DNA from: Octopus bimaculoides
Lineage: Eukaryota
NCBI RefSeq assembly: GCF_001194135.2
Contig: NC_068985.1
Location: forward strand, 120,360,023-120,424,022
Length of the DNA: 64,000 nucleotides
Direction of reading: 5' to 3'
Positions 37,685-51,410 of this stretch are shown here, piece by piece; the stretch's first letter is position 1, and every line of letters starts with the position of its first letter. The translations under genes and the position numbers were made by a program. The notes beneath the pieces are model-generated. The model was not told where the DNA came from. It saw only the letters and a program-made list of their open reading frames with translations, and searched no databases.

Positions 37685-39420
37685 TCGAAGCGGATCTACT
37701 GAAGCTCATGAGCAAAATAAAATTTCGTAAGTCTTTTATCACTTTCCAACAGAAACTGAAGAAAGATATCAATTACATAAAAAGTTCCAAAAACAAAAGG
37801 CACTTTTTTCCGATAAATCCAAGAACTTATACCGAGTAGAAAACAGCACATATTCACGACTTCTACCAAACAGCTAAGCCAGAAATCTATAACGAAATTA
37901 AGAAAGAAGCTAGCAATATCGCCAACAGACTTAAATTAGATAAAACAAATAGAGGTCCTCCCCAAAAAAGAAGCCTTTATAACTATCAAAGACCATAAAA
38001 AGAACTTCCTATCTAATCTTAAGTGTAGGCTTATTCACCCAGCTAAATCAGAACTTGGCATTATTTGTAAAGAGATTTTGGGGAAAATCAATGAGAAAGT
38101 CAGGAATACCAATAGGTTAGTACAATGGGCCAATAGTATAGAATTCGTTGACTGGTTTAAAGCTATTAAGAATAAAAATAAAGGGAGGTTCACGCAGTTC
38201 GATATTGTCGATTTTTATGCCTCTATCTCTAAAGATTCACAAGCGGATTCATAGAAATCAGTATGCAGGATAAGGTCATAATCTTCCATGCTGGAAAGCC
38301 TTTACTCTTCAGCTAGAACGCAGAGTGGGTCAAGACTACCAATACAGAGGGTGCTTTCGATGTGAGCATGGGGGTCATATGATGGAGCAGGCATATGCGA
38401 TCTTGTTGGATTATTCCTACTCGATACGTTGGGCAAGACTTTTCCTGACGTATACTTCGCAGTTTACAAAGATGGCGCCCTAGCTTTAACGGCTAATACC
38501 AATGGACCAGCACAGGATCGGTTTAGAAGGGATGTTATCCATTTGATGACAACTTTCGGCCTTAGGATAACTACAGATACCAACCTGACGGTTGTCAATT
38601 TCCTAGGTGTATCCTTAGATCTAAACAGGAATATTTATAAACCTTATGGGAAGCCCAACGATAGACTTAGTTATATCAATGTGGGTTCCTGCCATCCCCC
38701 ATAGTGTTTAAAAATTTAGTTAAAAACATTAGCAAAAGAATTTCTAGCCTCTCCTCTGATAGGGACATTTTTAATAGCGTTACCCCAGTATATAATAAGG
38801 CTCTAAAAGATAGTGGTTTCAACGAGGAAATAACCTATACACCTGCTACCAATCCAGTAATAAAGAAAAAAAACATAGAAATAGGAAAACTATCTGGTTC
38901 ACACACCCCTACTCACCTGAAGTGACCTTTAATATAGGCAAGTGTTTCTTAGCACTGATAGATAGACATTTTCCATTCAACCATAGTTACAGAAAGTTCT
39001 TCAATAGACATAACTTAAAAATCAGTTTCAGCTCAACTGCCAATTTAAAAAAAAATAATCGCACACAACACACAAAAACCACAAAATGAAACCAGCTGTT
39101 CATTTAGGGATAAAAATTTGTGCCTGCTAAATGGAGCTTACATATGAGACCATCATTTATGAGGCCACCATGGACTCTATCTCCACTAAGGACACAGTTT
39201 CGACGAAAAAATACGTGGGCTTCACAGAGGGTAATTTCAAGGCCAGATTCAATAATCACACCTTGAGCTTCAGGCACTGGGATAAAAGGAAAACGACCAA
39301 ATCATCCAGTCATATATGGTCCTTAAAAGATGAAGCTGTCAGTTACAACATCTATCGGAAGATCTTAGACAAGCGTAAAACTTACACCAACGGTAGCGGA
39401 AAGTGCGGTCTTTGTGATAT
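37678..39420 (+). mobile_element. Penelope-like element, RT plus C-terminal GIY-YIG (probably Hydra-clade), frameshifted
   Basis: EAFITIKDHKKNF..KCRLIHPAKSELG, QFDIVDFYASIS, FDVSMGSYDGAGICDLVGL, VNFLGVSLDL..YKPYGKPND.LSYINVGSCHPP, KYVGFTEGNFKARFNNH, GKCGLC. Breaks into (TA)n at 39420. The clade assignment is inference. Confidence 0.92.
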
Positions 39421-41059
39421 AATATATATATACACGTATGTATGCCTGTGTAGTATTATATATATGTGTGTGTGTTTGCGCGTTTGAATATGCGTTTTAA
39501 TCGATATGTGTGTTTTTGTGTTTGTGTTTGTGTGTGCGTGTTTGTGTGTGTATGTGTATGCACGCGTGCATGTGCGTGTGTGTTTGTGTGTTTTTTTTTG
39601 TTTTTTTTTTAAATTGTAAGTTATCAGAAAAACAATTGTGGTAAAGATCGTTTTCTATTCCTGTTAAATGTTCCTTCTATAATAATATATTCAAGCAATA
39701 CTGAATAAGCATTTAATACTGAAACTGTAAATCCAAGGCGACCAGCAGAGAATGCTAATCGTATTGATTAGAGTACTGAAATGTCTTGTTGATTTTATTT
39801 CTTTTGTGAAAATCCCTGTACATTTCATAGACAAAATAATTTAAATTGATTAATTTGTTTAAAGTGATAAACATATTTGGCAAAAACATTCAAATTGAGT
39901 TGCAGATAACGACACAAACGGTAACGAATTATGATCTACAGAAGACAATTATCCATTTCAACATTCACCTCGCCTAAATTTACACTTACTCCAACGAAAG
40001 AATATTTCATCACAATGTGTTACCAAACCTTGCAAAATGCAAAGTTTTGACTAAACAAGTGCAAGTTGCTTCAGGAGCATACCATTCCATCTCTCCCCAC
40101 CCAGCACTCCAACGTAAAATGTCGATTGAAACAGAAATTGCTGTTGTCATCTTTAACGAAAATAACGTTTTTAATAAATATCGTTGAAGATACATTATTG
40201 ATCTTAATGTTATCATTTCTATGGAGTTAGTTTAACAAATATTTCATTATTAATTTCGTTCATGATATGTTCAGTTATTTTAATAGACGTTTTCTATTAA
40301 ATGAGTTCATTTTCATATCCAATCTGTTATAATATTTGCACATCACTTTCAACAATATCAGTGAAAATGGCATGTTTCGTTTTGCTACAATGTAGACAAC
40401 ATTAAAAATTTACGTATGGAGCTTAATACTTTTGTTTATTTTTATCTATAGTTTTCATGACTGCAACCTTTCTAATCTTTCAGTTCCATCACATACTGAG
40501 TGTCTTTGATAAAAAAAAATATATAGATCATATTTTTCTAAGAGATGTTTTCCGAACGACGTTATTCTTTCTCGACGCTTCAGCATTGTAACTTCTGTTT
40601 TCTTTTGATATATGCATCCACTTAATGGTTATGGACACAAATTTGGCACAGTATGCACAAACGTGTTTCCTGTTGATAAAAGGTAAACCATATTTCTCCT
40701 TGAACTCTAAAACCGGCTTCACACTCCAACAATCAACAAGAGCACTATTTGTGATACTTTCATTACCTTTATATTGTGTCGTCTTAGAAGTTTTATCACA
40801 TGTCAAGGTCTTTGGAGAAGGCTGTTCAGTTGAATAGTTACTGCAAAACATTATCCATTGCTAAAGATGGTAAAGGGATTCTTTTAACGGCATTTTGCCT
40901 TGATACAGTTCTTGGAATCCTTGTTAGAAAGTGTAATATATTATGCTAGCGCTTCATTAGAGTCCAAGACGCAAAACAATTTTATATATATGTATACACA
41001 CACACCACACACACACAAACACAAACACACACACACACATACACACACACACACACATA

Positions 41060-41122
<63 letters not shown>

Positions 41123-41379
41123 ATATATATATACTACAGATAACAAATATAAGGACATTTTAAAATTTGTATTATAAAATGTTGATCCCACGACGATTAA
41201 AGACAGTTGAAACTTGTATAATAAATTTTGTGAGCGGCGGATATCCGATTGCATAGCCGCCTATCAGCATATGCTATATCGTTATTCGTTTTACACTCCC
41301 GATCTACTACTGTAACAACGAAATCTCGAGCCAAACTGTTATTTAATATCTTTAAGAGTGTGTACAGATATAATTAAGA

Positions 41380-41577
41380 AGATTACTTTTTAATCTCATG
41401 GTTCCGAGTTCAGCGACTTGCAGCAATTGTCTTCGTCTTATAGCCCCAGACCAACCAATTGCTCTTGAGTGAATTTGGTAAACAAAAACTGTGTAAAGTC
41501 CCTCATGTATGTATGTATGTATGTATATATATATATATATATACGTATATATATATATATATATATACACACACATA

Positions 41578-41611
<34 letters not shown>

Positions 41612-41800
41612 TGTCTGTGTCTGTGTCTGTGTCTCTGTGTGTCTGTGTGTCTGTGTGTCTGTGTCTGTATCTGTGTCTGTGTAAATACCTGTATATGAGC
41701 CTTTGTAACCGTGCTTGTTCCCCTACCGCTTGACAAGCGGTTCGGCAAAACAGAACCGCAAAATAAGTACCAGACTCATAAATAATTCTTAGAGGCGATT
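41380..41800 (+). mobile_element. SINE family B (degenerate)
   Basis: CATGGTTCCGAGTTCAG..TTGCAGCAATTGTCTTCGTCTTATAGCCCCAG, internal microsatellite, and AGCGGTTCGGCAAAACAGAACC..AATAAGTACCAG. Confidence 0.7.
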
Positions 41801-42879
41801 TGTTCAGCAAGACATTTCAATTCGGTATCCTAACCTGGTCGCAGTGCAATTACTGGAACGATTGAAAGATAAAAGATATGTTGAGAATAGCTTGATATTA
41901 CAAATATGAATATTCCCTAACGATGGATTTCAAAATTCAACCAAATGTCTCCAATTATTTTCAATAAAAATATTCTTCTCCTCCATAGTTTGATACAAGT
42001 CAATTGAAGACTCCCTGATAAGGAATTTTGTGATTTTATGTTTTAAATTCCGTGACAGATGACCATTAGTTTAATAGAAAAGGTTCACACGTTGTTATAT
42101 CAAGGGAATATCAATTTTAAAGAAGTAGAATATTTCTTTAAAATCTTGGGAAAAAGCAGATTTTCTCAACAACAAATTTTATAGGTGATAAGAGATTCAT
42201 GTTTTATGCGACAACGACATTGTAACATTTTGACTTTTGATGTAAAATTGGATTTGTGTCTAGAACTGCGCTTGTATACAGTTACAACAAAAACAACAAC
42301 AACAAATTAAGAAACCAAATAATTCAACTGATTTTTAGAAAACAGAATCTTTCTTTCAGTATAAATGGATACAAGAAACAACACAATAAATTTATCTAAC
42401 TTATTATGAATTTTTCTTATCTTCGTTTTCACTGATCGTTACTTTAATATAGAAGAAGCATAAATTGTGATATGTGAAGAAACAAGGACCAGGCAAAAAT
42501 AACAAGAATAACAAATCCCAAATTTATAGAGTTGGTGAGAGTGGAAAATTACATGCGAAAGTGTAACATTTCGACTATCCACATTAAATCATATATAAGT
42601 TTACAATTGCAGAGTAATTAATTAGTTGGCAATTTTTAATGAAGTTCGTTCAACAAGCTATTAGCAATCGCGTAGCTAATCTACGAAGCAGTTAATATGC
42701 AAATCATAATATTACGGAGTATCAAATGTGAACAATGCCGACAGTAAACATGCATATAAAATGACTAATCATATACCGCTACTAATATTGATAAACTTAA
42801 AACAAACATGAAATTTCTATTATGAATGAATTATTAAAAATCTAAAGAATTCTCATTTCAAATTGAGAATTTTAAAATC

Positions 42880-42947
<68 letters not shown>

Positions 42948-43015
42948 ATGTGTGTGTATACAGAAAGAATGATAGATAGATATTTGCATACTTCTATACC
43001 ATCTAAACGAAATTC

Positions 43016-43092
43016 ATTCTTCTTCTTCTTCTTCTTCTTCTCCTTCTTCTTCTTCTTCTTCTTCTTCTTCTTCTTCTTCTTCTTCTTCTTCG
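43016..43092. repeat. (TTC)n microsatellite
   Basis: Visible tandem array. Confidence 0.95.
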
Positions 43093-43344
43093 TATTATTA
43101 TTATTATGATTTTTCTATACATTGTCACAGCCCTCTCCCTTCCTTTTTAAGTGTATCTGTTTATATAAATATGTATGTGTAAACGCGCGTGTCTGAAATT
43201 CTATTTTTTATGTACCTTTCTACATGCACATACACAAACACATATACACTCACTCAAATATATAACTATATTTTACACAAAAACAAACATACACACACAC
43301 ACAAACATATACACATACACAAACATACACACACGAACAAACAT

Positions 43345-44080
43345 TCATTATGGAGGTCAACGGTACTCTTTCTAGTAGAGGAGAGTGAATTGTGGAGATG
43401 AGCGGTACTCTTTCTAGCGGAAGAGAGTGAATAGAGGAGGTGAACGGTACTCTTACTTCTAGTAAAGGAAAGGGAATTGTGGAGGTAAACGCTACCCTTT
43501 CTAGTGGACGAACATGAATAGTAGAAGTGAAAGGCACTCTCTTCAGCGGAGCGGAGTGAATAGTGGAGGTAAACGGTACTCTTTCTAGTGAAGGAGAGTG
43601 AATGGTGGAGGTGAACGGTACTCTTTCTAGTGGAGGAGAGTGAATAGTGTAGGTGAACGATAGATTTTCTAGTGAGAGAGTGAATAGTGAAGATGAAGTG
43701 TAGTCTTTCGAGCGAAGGAGAGTGAATTGCGGAGGTGAACGGTTCTCTTTCTAGTGGAGGAGAGTAAATAGTGGAGGTGAACGGTACTCTTACTTCTAGT
43801 AAAGGAAAGGGAATTGTGGAGGTAAACGCTACCCTTTTTAGTGGACGAACATGAATAGTAGAAGTGAAAGGCACTCTCTTCAGCGGAGCGGAGTGAATAG
43901 TGGAGGTAAACGGTACTCCTTCTAGTGGATGGGAGTAAATAGTAGAGGTGAACTGTACTGTTTCTAGTGGAGGAGAATGAATAGTGGAGGGAAGCGGTAC
44001 TCTTTCTAGTGGAGGAAATTAAATAGTGGAGATGAACAGTACACTTTCTAGTGAAAGAGAGGGAATAGTGTGGGTGAACG
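43345..44080. repeat. 42-bp minisatellite with a 337-bp higher-order period
   Basis: Unit approximately AGTGGAGGAGAGTGAATAGTGGAGGTGAACGGTACTCTTTCT. A variant block at 43446 recurs at 43783. Confidence 0.92.
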
Positions 44081-44398
44081 GTTCTTGACTGTCGGTCATG
44101 GCTGAAAGAGAGAGGAGAAAAGTGGATAATAGAGGCATGTGTTAGATTGGAAATGTGTATGATTGAGTGAGTGAATAGAATATATTGCTGCAAATAATGG
44201 CGACAGATAATGTGTGCGAGTGGATTGGTAGTGGAGTCTGATGTTTAGGCGCACGTGGAAGCAACACTATGCATGTATGACTGATGGAGTAAAAGAGAAG
44301 CATGAACTCAATGTGCATGTGAGTGTGTGTATGTGTGTGTTTGTGTGTGTATGTGTGTGTGTGTATGTGTGTGTTTGTGTGTGTGTGTGTGCGTGCGT

Positions 44399-44430
<32 letters not shown>

Positions 44431-46800
44431 TGAAACATGAGGAAGGATTTAAAGTAGATAAACAGTTACAGAAAATTAATCATCCGTTGACTCCATCCCG
44501 ATGATGATCCGCTACTAGAAAAACAATCACTTTTGTGCTGTGTATCCCCAGATGAGCTCTGATTGAACAAAAGCATTCCATTAGTAATTGCCCTGTCTAT
44601 ATTTCAGACAGTTCTATGTAGGAGTATGTTTCATTATGTCTCTTTTGTATTTTTACTGCGGTAAGGCACTAATTGAGTGTGTTTGGTTGCTGTTCTTAGT
44701 AGTTCGAGCATCATACCACTCGAAAATTAAGAACTACTTATGGAAGTGTTGGATGACTTTGCGCCAAAGTATTGGTGAAATCCAGCAGTGGTATAAAATG
44801 GACGTGCGACAGATTTAAGAGCAGGACTATTGCATCCATCATCAGACAGATGTGCTTTGAGCCAATCCCCCAACACTGAGTCAGTCTAATCAACATATAC
44901 GATGCTTTATTAAGCTATCATTTGTTTGTGTGTGTATTTATTAGAAACTAATTTGTCTTAATGTGTTGTTAAAGTATATTCTAATTCTTCGTATTTAATT
45001 GGTGTCTTTTATATATTTTGCTGTTCCGCAAGAGAACAGAAAGATTATATAGACGCACGTATATCAATGTGGTTAAGAAGTGTTTTTGTTAGCGCCAATT
45101 AGCCAGTGTTTATGTGAATGATACGTTCCTTTATATCACATAACTTCATGATAAAATAGAGATTGAAACTAGAATATATACAGGCAAATTCTTAGACTGC
45201 AGCTTTGCTCAAGCAAACTGCAGTCTAATCATTGAAACCAGCGAAAGAAGATCCATCCAAGATATTACTGTTTAGACGTGGTTTGGAAAATGTAAACTTT
45301 CCATTCTGACTGCATTTATATGAGAAATATCCGTATAACCATCGAACTCAATGATAATATAGTCGATAGGTTGTAAAAGTATTCATCAGAGTTCAGCAAT
45401 CACGAGAATCTATAGAAATGCCATATTATATTTTATAATGCGTTATGATATGTTCTTAAACATTGGCAATATGGAAATGCCTGAGATTTAAAATGCAGTA
45501 TCGTAAAGGAAGATGATACATCTTCTTATGAAGCATCTAAGAATTAGTTGCAAATGTGCAAGAACACGAAGAATGCATAAATATTAGAAATATCTTCTCA
45601 ACGTCCAGCATAATATTTCCTTTACCATGTCTTAGCGTAACAACTTAATGTGAATTTTCACCATCGGAAATATATTTACGCTTTTTCATATCTTACATAA
45701 ATGTCTTCGCATTTCCATGGGGATCGTGCTGGCTAAGATAATAGATTGTTAACTCGGTGCTATGTAGATGTGATAAATATCAATTATTCTTTTTGGCCGG
45801 TTCTACCGTTCGTGTGCTCGTAAGTTCCAACTCAATTGGTTATTCCAATAAAATTCTTCTTTAATTAATTTAAAGAACCATTTATCTGAGCCATAAATAG
45901 GAAGAGGAAAATAATCAGTGGAGTCATAAAATGTAGTACTCGGCTTAAGTAGTGGGGTTATCAAATTTAGTACCCAGTTTCACCCTGGATGGGTTAAGTA
46001 GCCCGTGGCCCACGAAGGATATACGTTCTAATGTGTGCATCTAAACCAGTGCATCAATTTTTCTTTGTTCAGGAAACGAATCTTGTGTCAATTGAAATCG
46101 TACATGTAGGTTAAAATTCTGTATAATATATCAAGACGTTTCTTTTTGTTTTTTTCTTTGATAGATCACGCACAATAGGTTCATAAGATCTTATATATTG
46201 TTCAAATTAAGTCACTGCAAAATTCAACAAAACTACAGGATTTGGAAGCTTAGGCAGTAGTTTCAAACGTGTTTGCTAATATTCTGTGGTTAAAGTATAT
46301 TTATATATAAAGATGAAACCAAGATGCACCGACACACACATATACACCCATAGATACATACACACATATGTGCATTGAGTGTATGTGTATGCATGTGCTT
46401 GTATGTAAATGTCTTTGTGAATGTGTGTGCGGACGTTTGTATGTATGTGTGTATACGTGTGTGTGTATGTTTGTGTGTCTGTGTGTGTGTGCATAAGCGC
46501 TGTATGGCCGAATGGCTCGGTAGTTCGCTACGCATTAATTATGTTCTAGTTTCGATTCTGCTGGCTGGTTGTATAGACAATCCATATTCTATAGAGCCTC
46601 GGTGTGATCCATATCTTGTAAGTGAATCCACGTCGGCGATCGCGCTGATTTTGCCTGAGAAGTGCAGTGAATGTACTGTGCCTTTGAATTACTCAGCCGC
46701 CTACAAGTCAATCCAATGAGCCGGGTAGATTAGCTGATTGAACAACAAAACACTCATAAACGAAAACCTTGACCCGAATTCATCTGTGTGTATGCGTGCT

Positions 46801-46834
<34 letters not shown>

Positions 46835-49800
46835 TGTGTGTGTGTGTGTGTGAGTGTGTAGAGGGGGTGGCAAGTGTTTTTGTCCGTGTGTATTCTATAA
46901 AGACGTGGTACACGTGTTTTTGTGATTACCGTGTTACACTCATGTTCGACAGATTTTGATTCAGGTATTCCTGGTCAGATCGATGCATTGAGTTATTCAG
47001 CAAAACGCTTCATTTCACGTTGCTCCAGTCCACTCAGCTGGCAAACGTGAGTAATCCTGCAACGGACCGGTGTCCCGTCCGGTAAGGAATAAATACAGCA
47101 CAGAATCTAGGAAACTGACCATATCAGCCTATATTTCGGGAAGGCCCTTTTTGATTATATAAAAACAGAAAGGGAATAACAATGAAGTGCTGATTAACGG
47201 TATATATCAGACTTCCGAATAAGACTCTTAACAAACCGTTCCATTCTATTGCTATGCAACCAGTCAGTCTGTCAAATGCGGTTGTGATTAGTCGCATCTT
47301 TACAGAGATTCTTTTATCGTAACATCATGGAGGAGAAGAGGTTGCCTGATCTTAATTCTTTCGCATTGCCAACTCTACAGGAGATATTATGCACCATCTG
47401 CACGCGCTTCTTAGATTGCAACGTAAACGAAACCGAAACTGCAAGGTATAAGAATCCACTTCAGTAGAGAACTTATATATTGACACAACTACATTGGGAT
47501 GAAAGACCTATGTTTGACCTCGACGGGATTTGACCCCAGAACATTAGGCGCCGAAGCAATTACTACTAGACATTTTGTCTGACGTCTAACAATTCTACTA
47601 ATTGACCGTCTATTTTTATTATTCAATATTGAGGGCGAAATATTGGTCGTACTTAGGATACAAGAAGTTCCATAAAGCAATGTGGTATTTCAACTCAATT
47701 TATTCTCTTTGATCTGTTGTTGAATCGCCACATTTATTAAATTAATAATTTAAATCTACTGAAGATTCGGTGTTCAGCGGAATCCTTATTTCTCTACCGT
47801 TTCTCTGTCTATTTCTACAGCATTCACCAAGCTACATCGATTATACATAACTTGAATGACTCACTGCTATCTGTCGCCTTCCTCAGCTTCTGTGGGTTTG
47901 TTTCATTTCTCCCTCTTTCTTTCTCGCTTTCACCCTTTCTCTTTTTTCTCCTCTCTGTCTATCTTCATCTTTCTTCTCCTCTCCCGTCTCTCTTTTTCTC
48001 TTTCTCTTTCCGTTCCATCTTTTCTCGCTACTTTTTGATAAATCTTTCGGAAAGGCATTCTTTTTCACGCGTATAACAGGACCAGCACTTGAAAATATTA
48101 TCTTCACAACAATAATATTTTTTTTATTTATTTATTGATATTTTTTCTTCTTTTAATTTATTTTATTTTATTTTTGTTCCGCCGTAGAAAATTATGTAAC
48201 ACTGCGTACTCCGGTAACTAAAAATGTATAGATTTTATGTTTTTAGAAATCCAAGGTGAAACAGTACCATTTAACACAGGATCTTGGAGTTCTTTAGATA
48301 AAACTATAAAAAAAGAATTATCTGTGTGCTTATTATAATTGCCGTTAATCAAGGAGTTACTGTAAAAGCGCTCGTTTTGATGTTCTGTCCATCTTGCAAT
48401 AAATCTATAAAATGTTCCGCAAAGAATTGCAGAGACATTGCGTTACATCATTGCTCGCTTTCCTATTCAAAGCAAATACTTTGTCAGAAACGTTTTATTA
48501 TTCACGAAATTAGATTTTTGTCAATTAATGTTCAAAAAGATGAGATAGACCCCAGCACATATTTCATTCTCCTTGCCCATAAATATTCAAAACATTTTCA
48601 AACATGCATGCTTGTTAACTGAATTGCATCTGATCTGTAATCTAAAAAAACCTGCGATACGTTCTAAGTAAGGCTATTATCAGAAGGAAAGATAAGTCGA
48701 GTTATCAACCTAGTTCTTTTAAATCGCAAAATCCTTGCTCAAAAGTCATTTTTCATACAAAGAAAATCGTTATAGTATTATCGATTTGTAAAGAAAATTC
48801 CAGAAAGTTGGACTAGAGTTACCGTAGATTATCTTTTTTTCTTTCTTTTTTATTTTACTTACTTTGTGAAATTTTGGATTGCTAACATCATCTTCTCTCA
48901 ATATTCTAAAATACTAGGCACTGAGCTGGCAGAATCCTTGGCACACCGGGCAAAATATTTAGCGACTGAACTCCTCCCCTGAAATTGCTGGCCTTGTGCC
49001 AAAATTTGAAACAAATATTTTAAAATACTACGCAGTACGCTTCGCAGTGTTTTCCTTTCGTTAGTTCTTTTGTAATATATTTGGTGGAATATAAACTCTC
49101 CGCATCCCATAATATCCGGGAGAATATGCATCTAGTAACATTTATTTTAGGGTGATTTACAACGAGTTTACCTTTAGTATCCATACTGATTTGTAGCACG
49201 GTTACAAATGTGGGGGACTGTGTAATAGTTGATCCGGTCAACTTCAGAATTCGATTGATTCTATTATCGACCAATATAATTCATTTTTGAAATAAGCAGA
49301 AAGCAAATGGTTTTATCGAAGAAATGAAAGAGAAAACTGATTCCGGTGGTGTTTGAACTTAGAACGAAGAAAGAAATGACAGAATGGGGTTAACCAAATT
49401 TTTTCCCACTACTGAGGATAAGAATATTTTGTGACATTTTTTCGCTGTTAGCTCTACCGATTTTTTTCCTGTATTGCACTTTGCATCAGCATTATTCATG
49501 TAAGTTTTACAATTTCTGGAAGTCAATCTCCATCATTAAATCCTTTATATATAGTTAGATAGATTGGATTAATCTACAAAGAATTGTTTGGCAATTTTCA
49601 ATGGATTTCTATCAGCATTATTTCCATTAGAGTCACAAAAATACAAAATACAACTCCAATGATATATCTGGGCAATACAGATCTGTCTATTCAGTAATTT
49701 TGTTTGCTTTGGAAATAGCAAATAAGCTAAGAATGAACAAATATTAATTGGAAGACAAAGCTAAGCAAATTTTTGTTTCCATAAGTATAAAATACAAAGA

Positions 49801-49835
49801 GGAAGAATTATATATTTCTCAATATTCCTCTACCA

Positions 49836-49837
<2 letters not shown>

Positions 49838-49931
<94 letters not shown>

Positions 49932-49945
49932 TAATAATAATAAAT
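49838..49945. repeat. (AAT)n microsatellite
   Basis: Visible tandem array. Confidence 0.95.
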
Positions 49946-51410
49946 GGATAATAACTTAAATTGCCATAACATTATTCTTGCTTTGAATCCAAAATATTTT
50001 GTCTTGTAACTTTGCCAGATATTGATNNNNNNNNNNNNNNNNNNNNNNNNNNNNNNNNNNNNNNNNNNNNNNNNNNNNNNNNNNNNNNNNNNNNNNNNNN
50101 NNNNNNNNNNNNNNNNNNNNNNNNNNNNNNNNNNNNNNNNNNNNNNNNNNNNNNNNNNNNNNNNNNNNNNNNNNNNNNNNNNNNNNNNNNNNNNNNNNNN
50201 NNNNNNNNNNNNNNNNNNNNNNNNNNNNNNNNNNNNNNNNNNNNNNNNNNNNNNNNNNNNNNNNNNNNNNNNNNNNNNNNNNNNNNNNNNNNNNNNNNNN
50301 NNNNNNNNNNNNNNNNNNNNNNNNNNNNNNNNNNNNNNNNNNNNNNNNNNNNNNNNNNNNNNNNNNNNNNNNNNNNNNNNNNNNNNNNNNNNNNNNNNNN
50401 NNNNNNNNNNNNNNNNNNNNNNNNNNNNNNNNNNNNNNNNNNNNNNNNNNNNNNNNNNNNNNNNNNNNNNNNNNNNNNNNNNNNNNNNNNNNNNNNNNNN
50501 NNNNNNNNNNNNNNNNNNNNNNNNNNNNNNNNNNNNNNNNNNNNNNNNNNNNNNNNNNNNNNNNNNNNNNNNNNNNNNNNNNNNNNNNNNNNNNNNNNNN
50601 NNNNNNNNNNNNNNNNNNNNNNNNNNNNNNNNNNNNNNNNNNNNNNNNNNNNNNNNNNNNNNNNNNNNNNNNNNNNNNNNNNNNNNNNNNNNNNNNNNNN
50701 NNNNNNNNNNNNNNNNNNNNNNNNNNNNNNNNNNNNNNNNNNNNNNNNNTATATATGTATATATATATATATATATATACCTTATCACTCTCTCTGCAGT
50801 TTATCTATCACCACGTTGATAGAACATACCGAAGGAGTTAGTCTAACTACATCTATTTACAAACAGATTGAAATGAAAATTGTATAAGAACAGTATCCAT
50901 ATTGATAGTAACAAATCTCAAAACAAAGCAAGTTCATTGAAACTAGGTGTTACACATACACAACAACAATATGTCTATCCATTCACGAACGTGTCTGTGT
51001 ACATGCATATGCACGTGTCTGTGTACATACATACAAACATATACACACATATATATTACGTACATATATACATATATCTATGTATCTATGTACGGCTGTG
51101 CATGTATGTGCGTTTGTTTGTTTGTTTGTTTGTGTGTGGGGCGGTGAACGTGAACATATTTATACATTACAATATTATAGATACATTTGACTGAAATTCA
51201 GCACCCGGCTTTACACACAAAGTTAGGTCATACCCAGTTTCGGCGTTCATCAGTAAATCTCTGTGCTCAAAGGCAGAATACAGATTCTCCACCCGTATAC
51301 CTACAATGACTGTCAAAACACGAATTTAATCCACACACACTCACACACACACACGCACACACACACAGACACACACACACACACACACACATACACACAT
51401 ATATATATAT

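Noticed and set aside
37678-39420. Naiad-type selenoprotein PLE
   Set aside because: Domain order is RT then EN, and the disruptions are frameshifts rather than conserved in-frame TGA codons.
40070-40100. WYAPE as kinase subdomain VIII
   Set aside because: No DFG upstream and no SDVWSFG downstream.
43250-44193. 174-202 aa repetitive ORFs; CRISPR-like periodicity
   Set aside because: These come from a 42-bp tandem unit with no unique spacers and no cas genes. The open frames follow from the unit length.
49520-50026. Additional R4-like fragment around (AAT)n
   Set aside because: No recognisable motif on translation, and it is cut by a gap.
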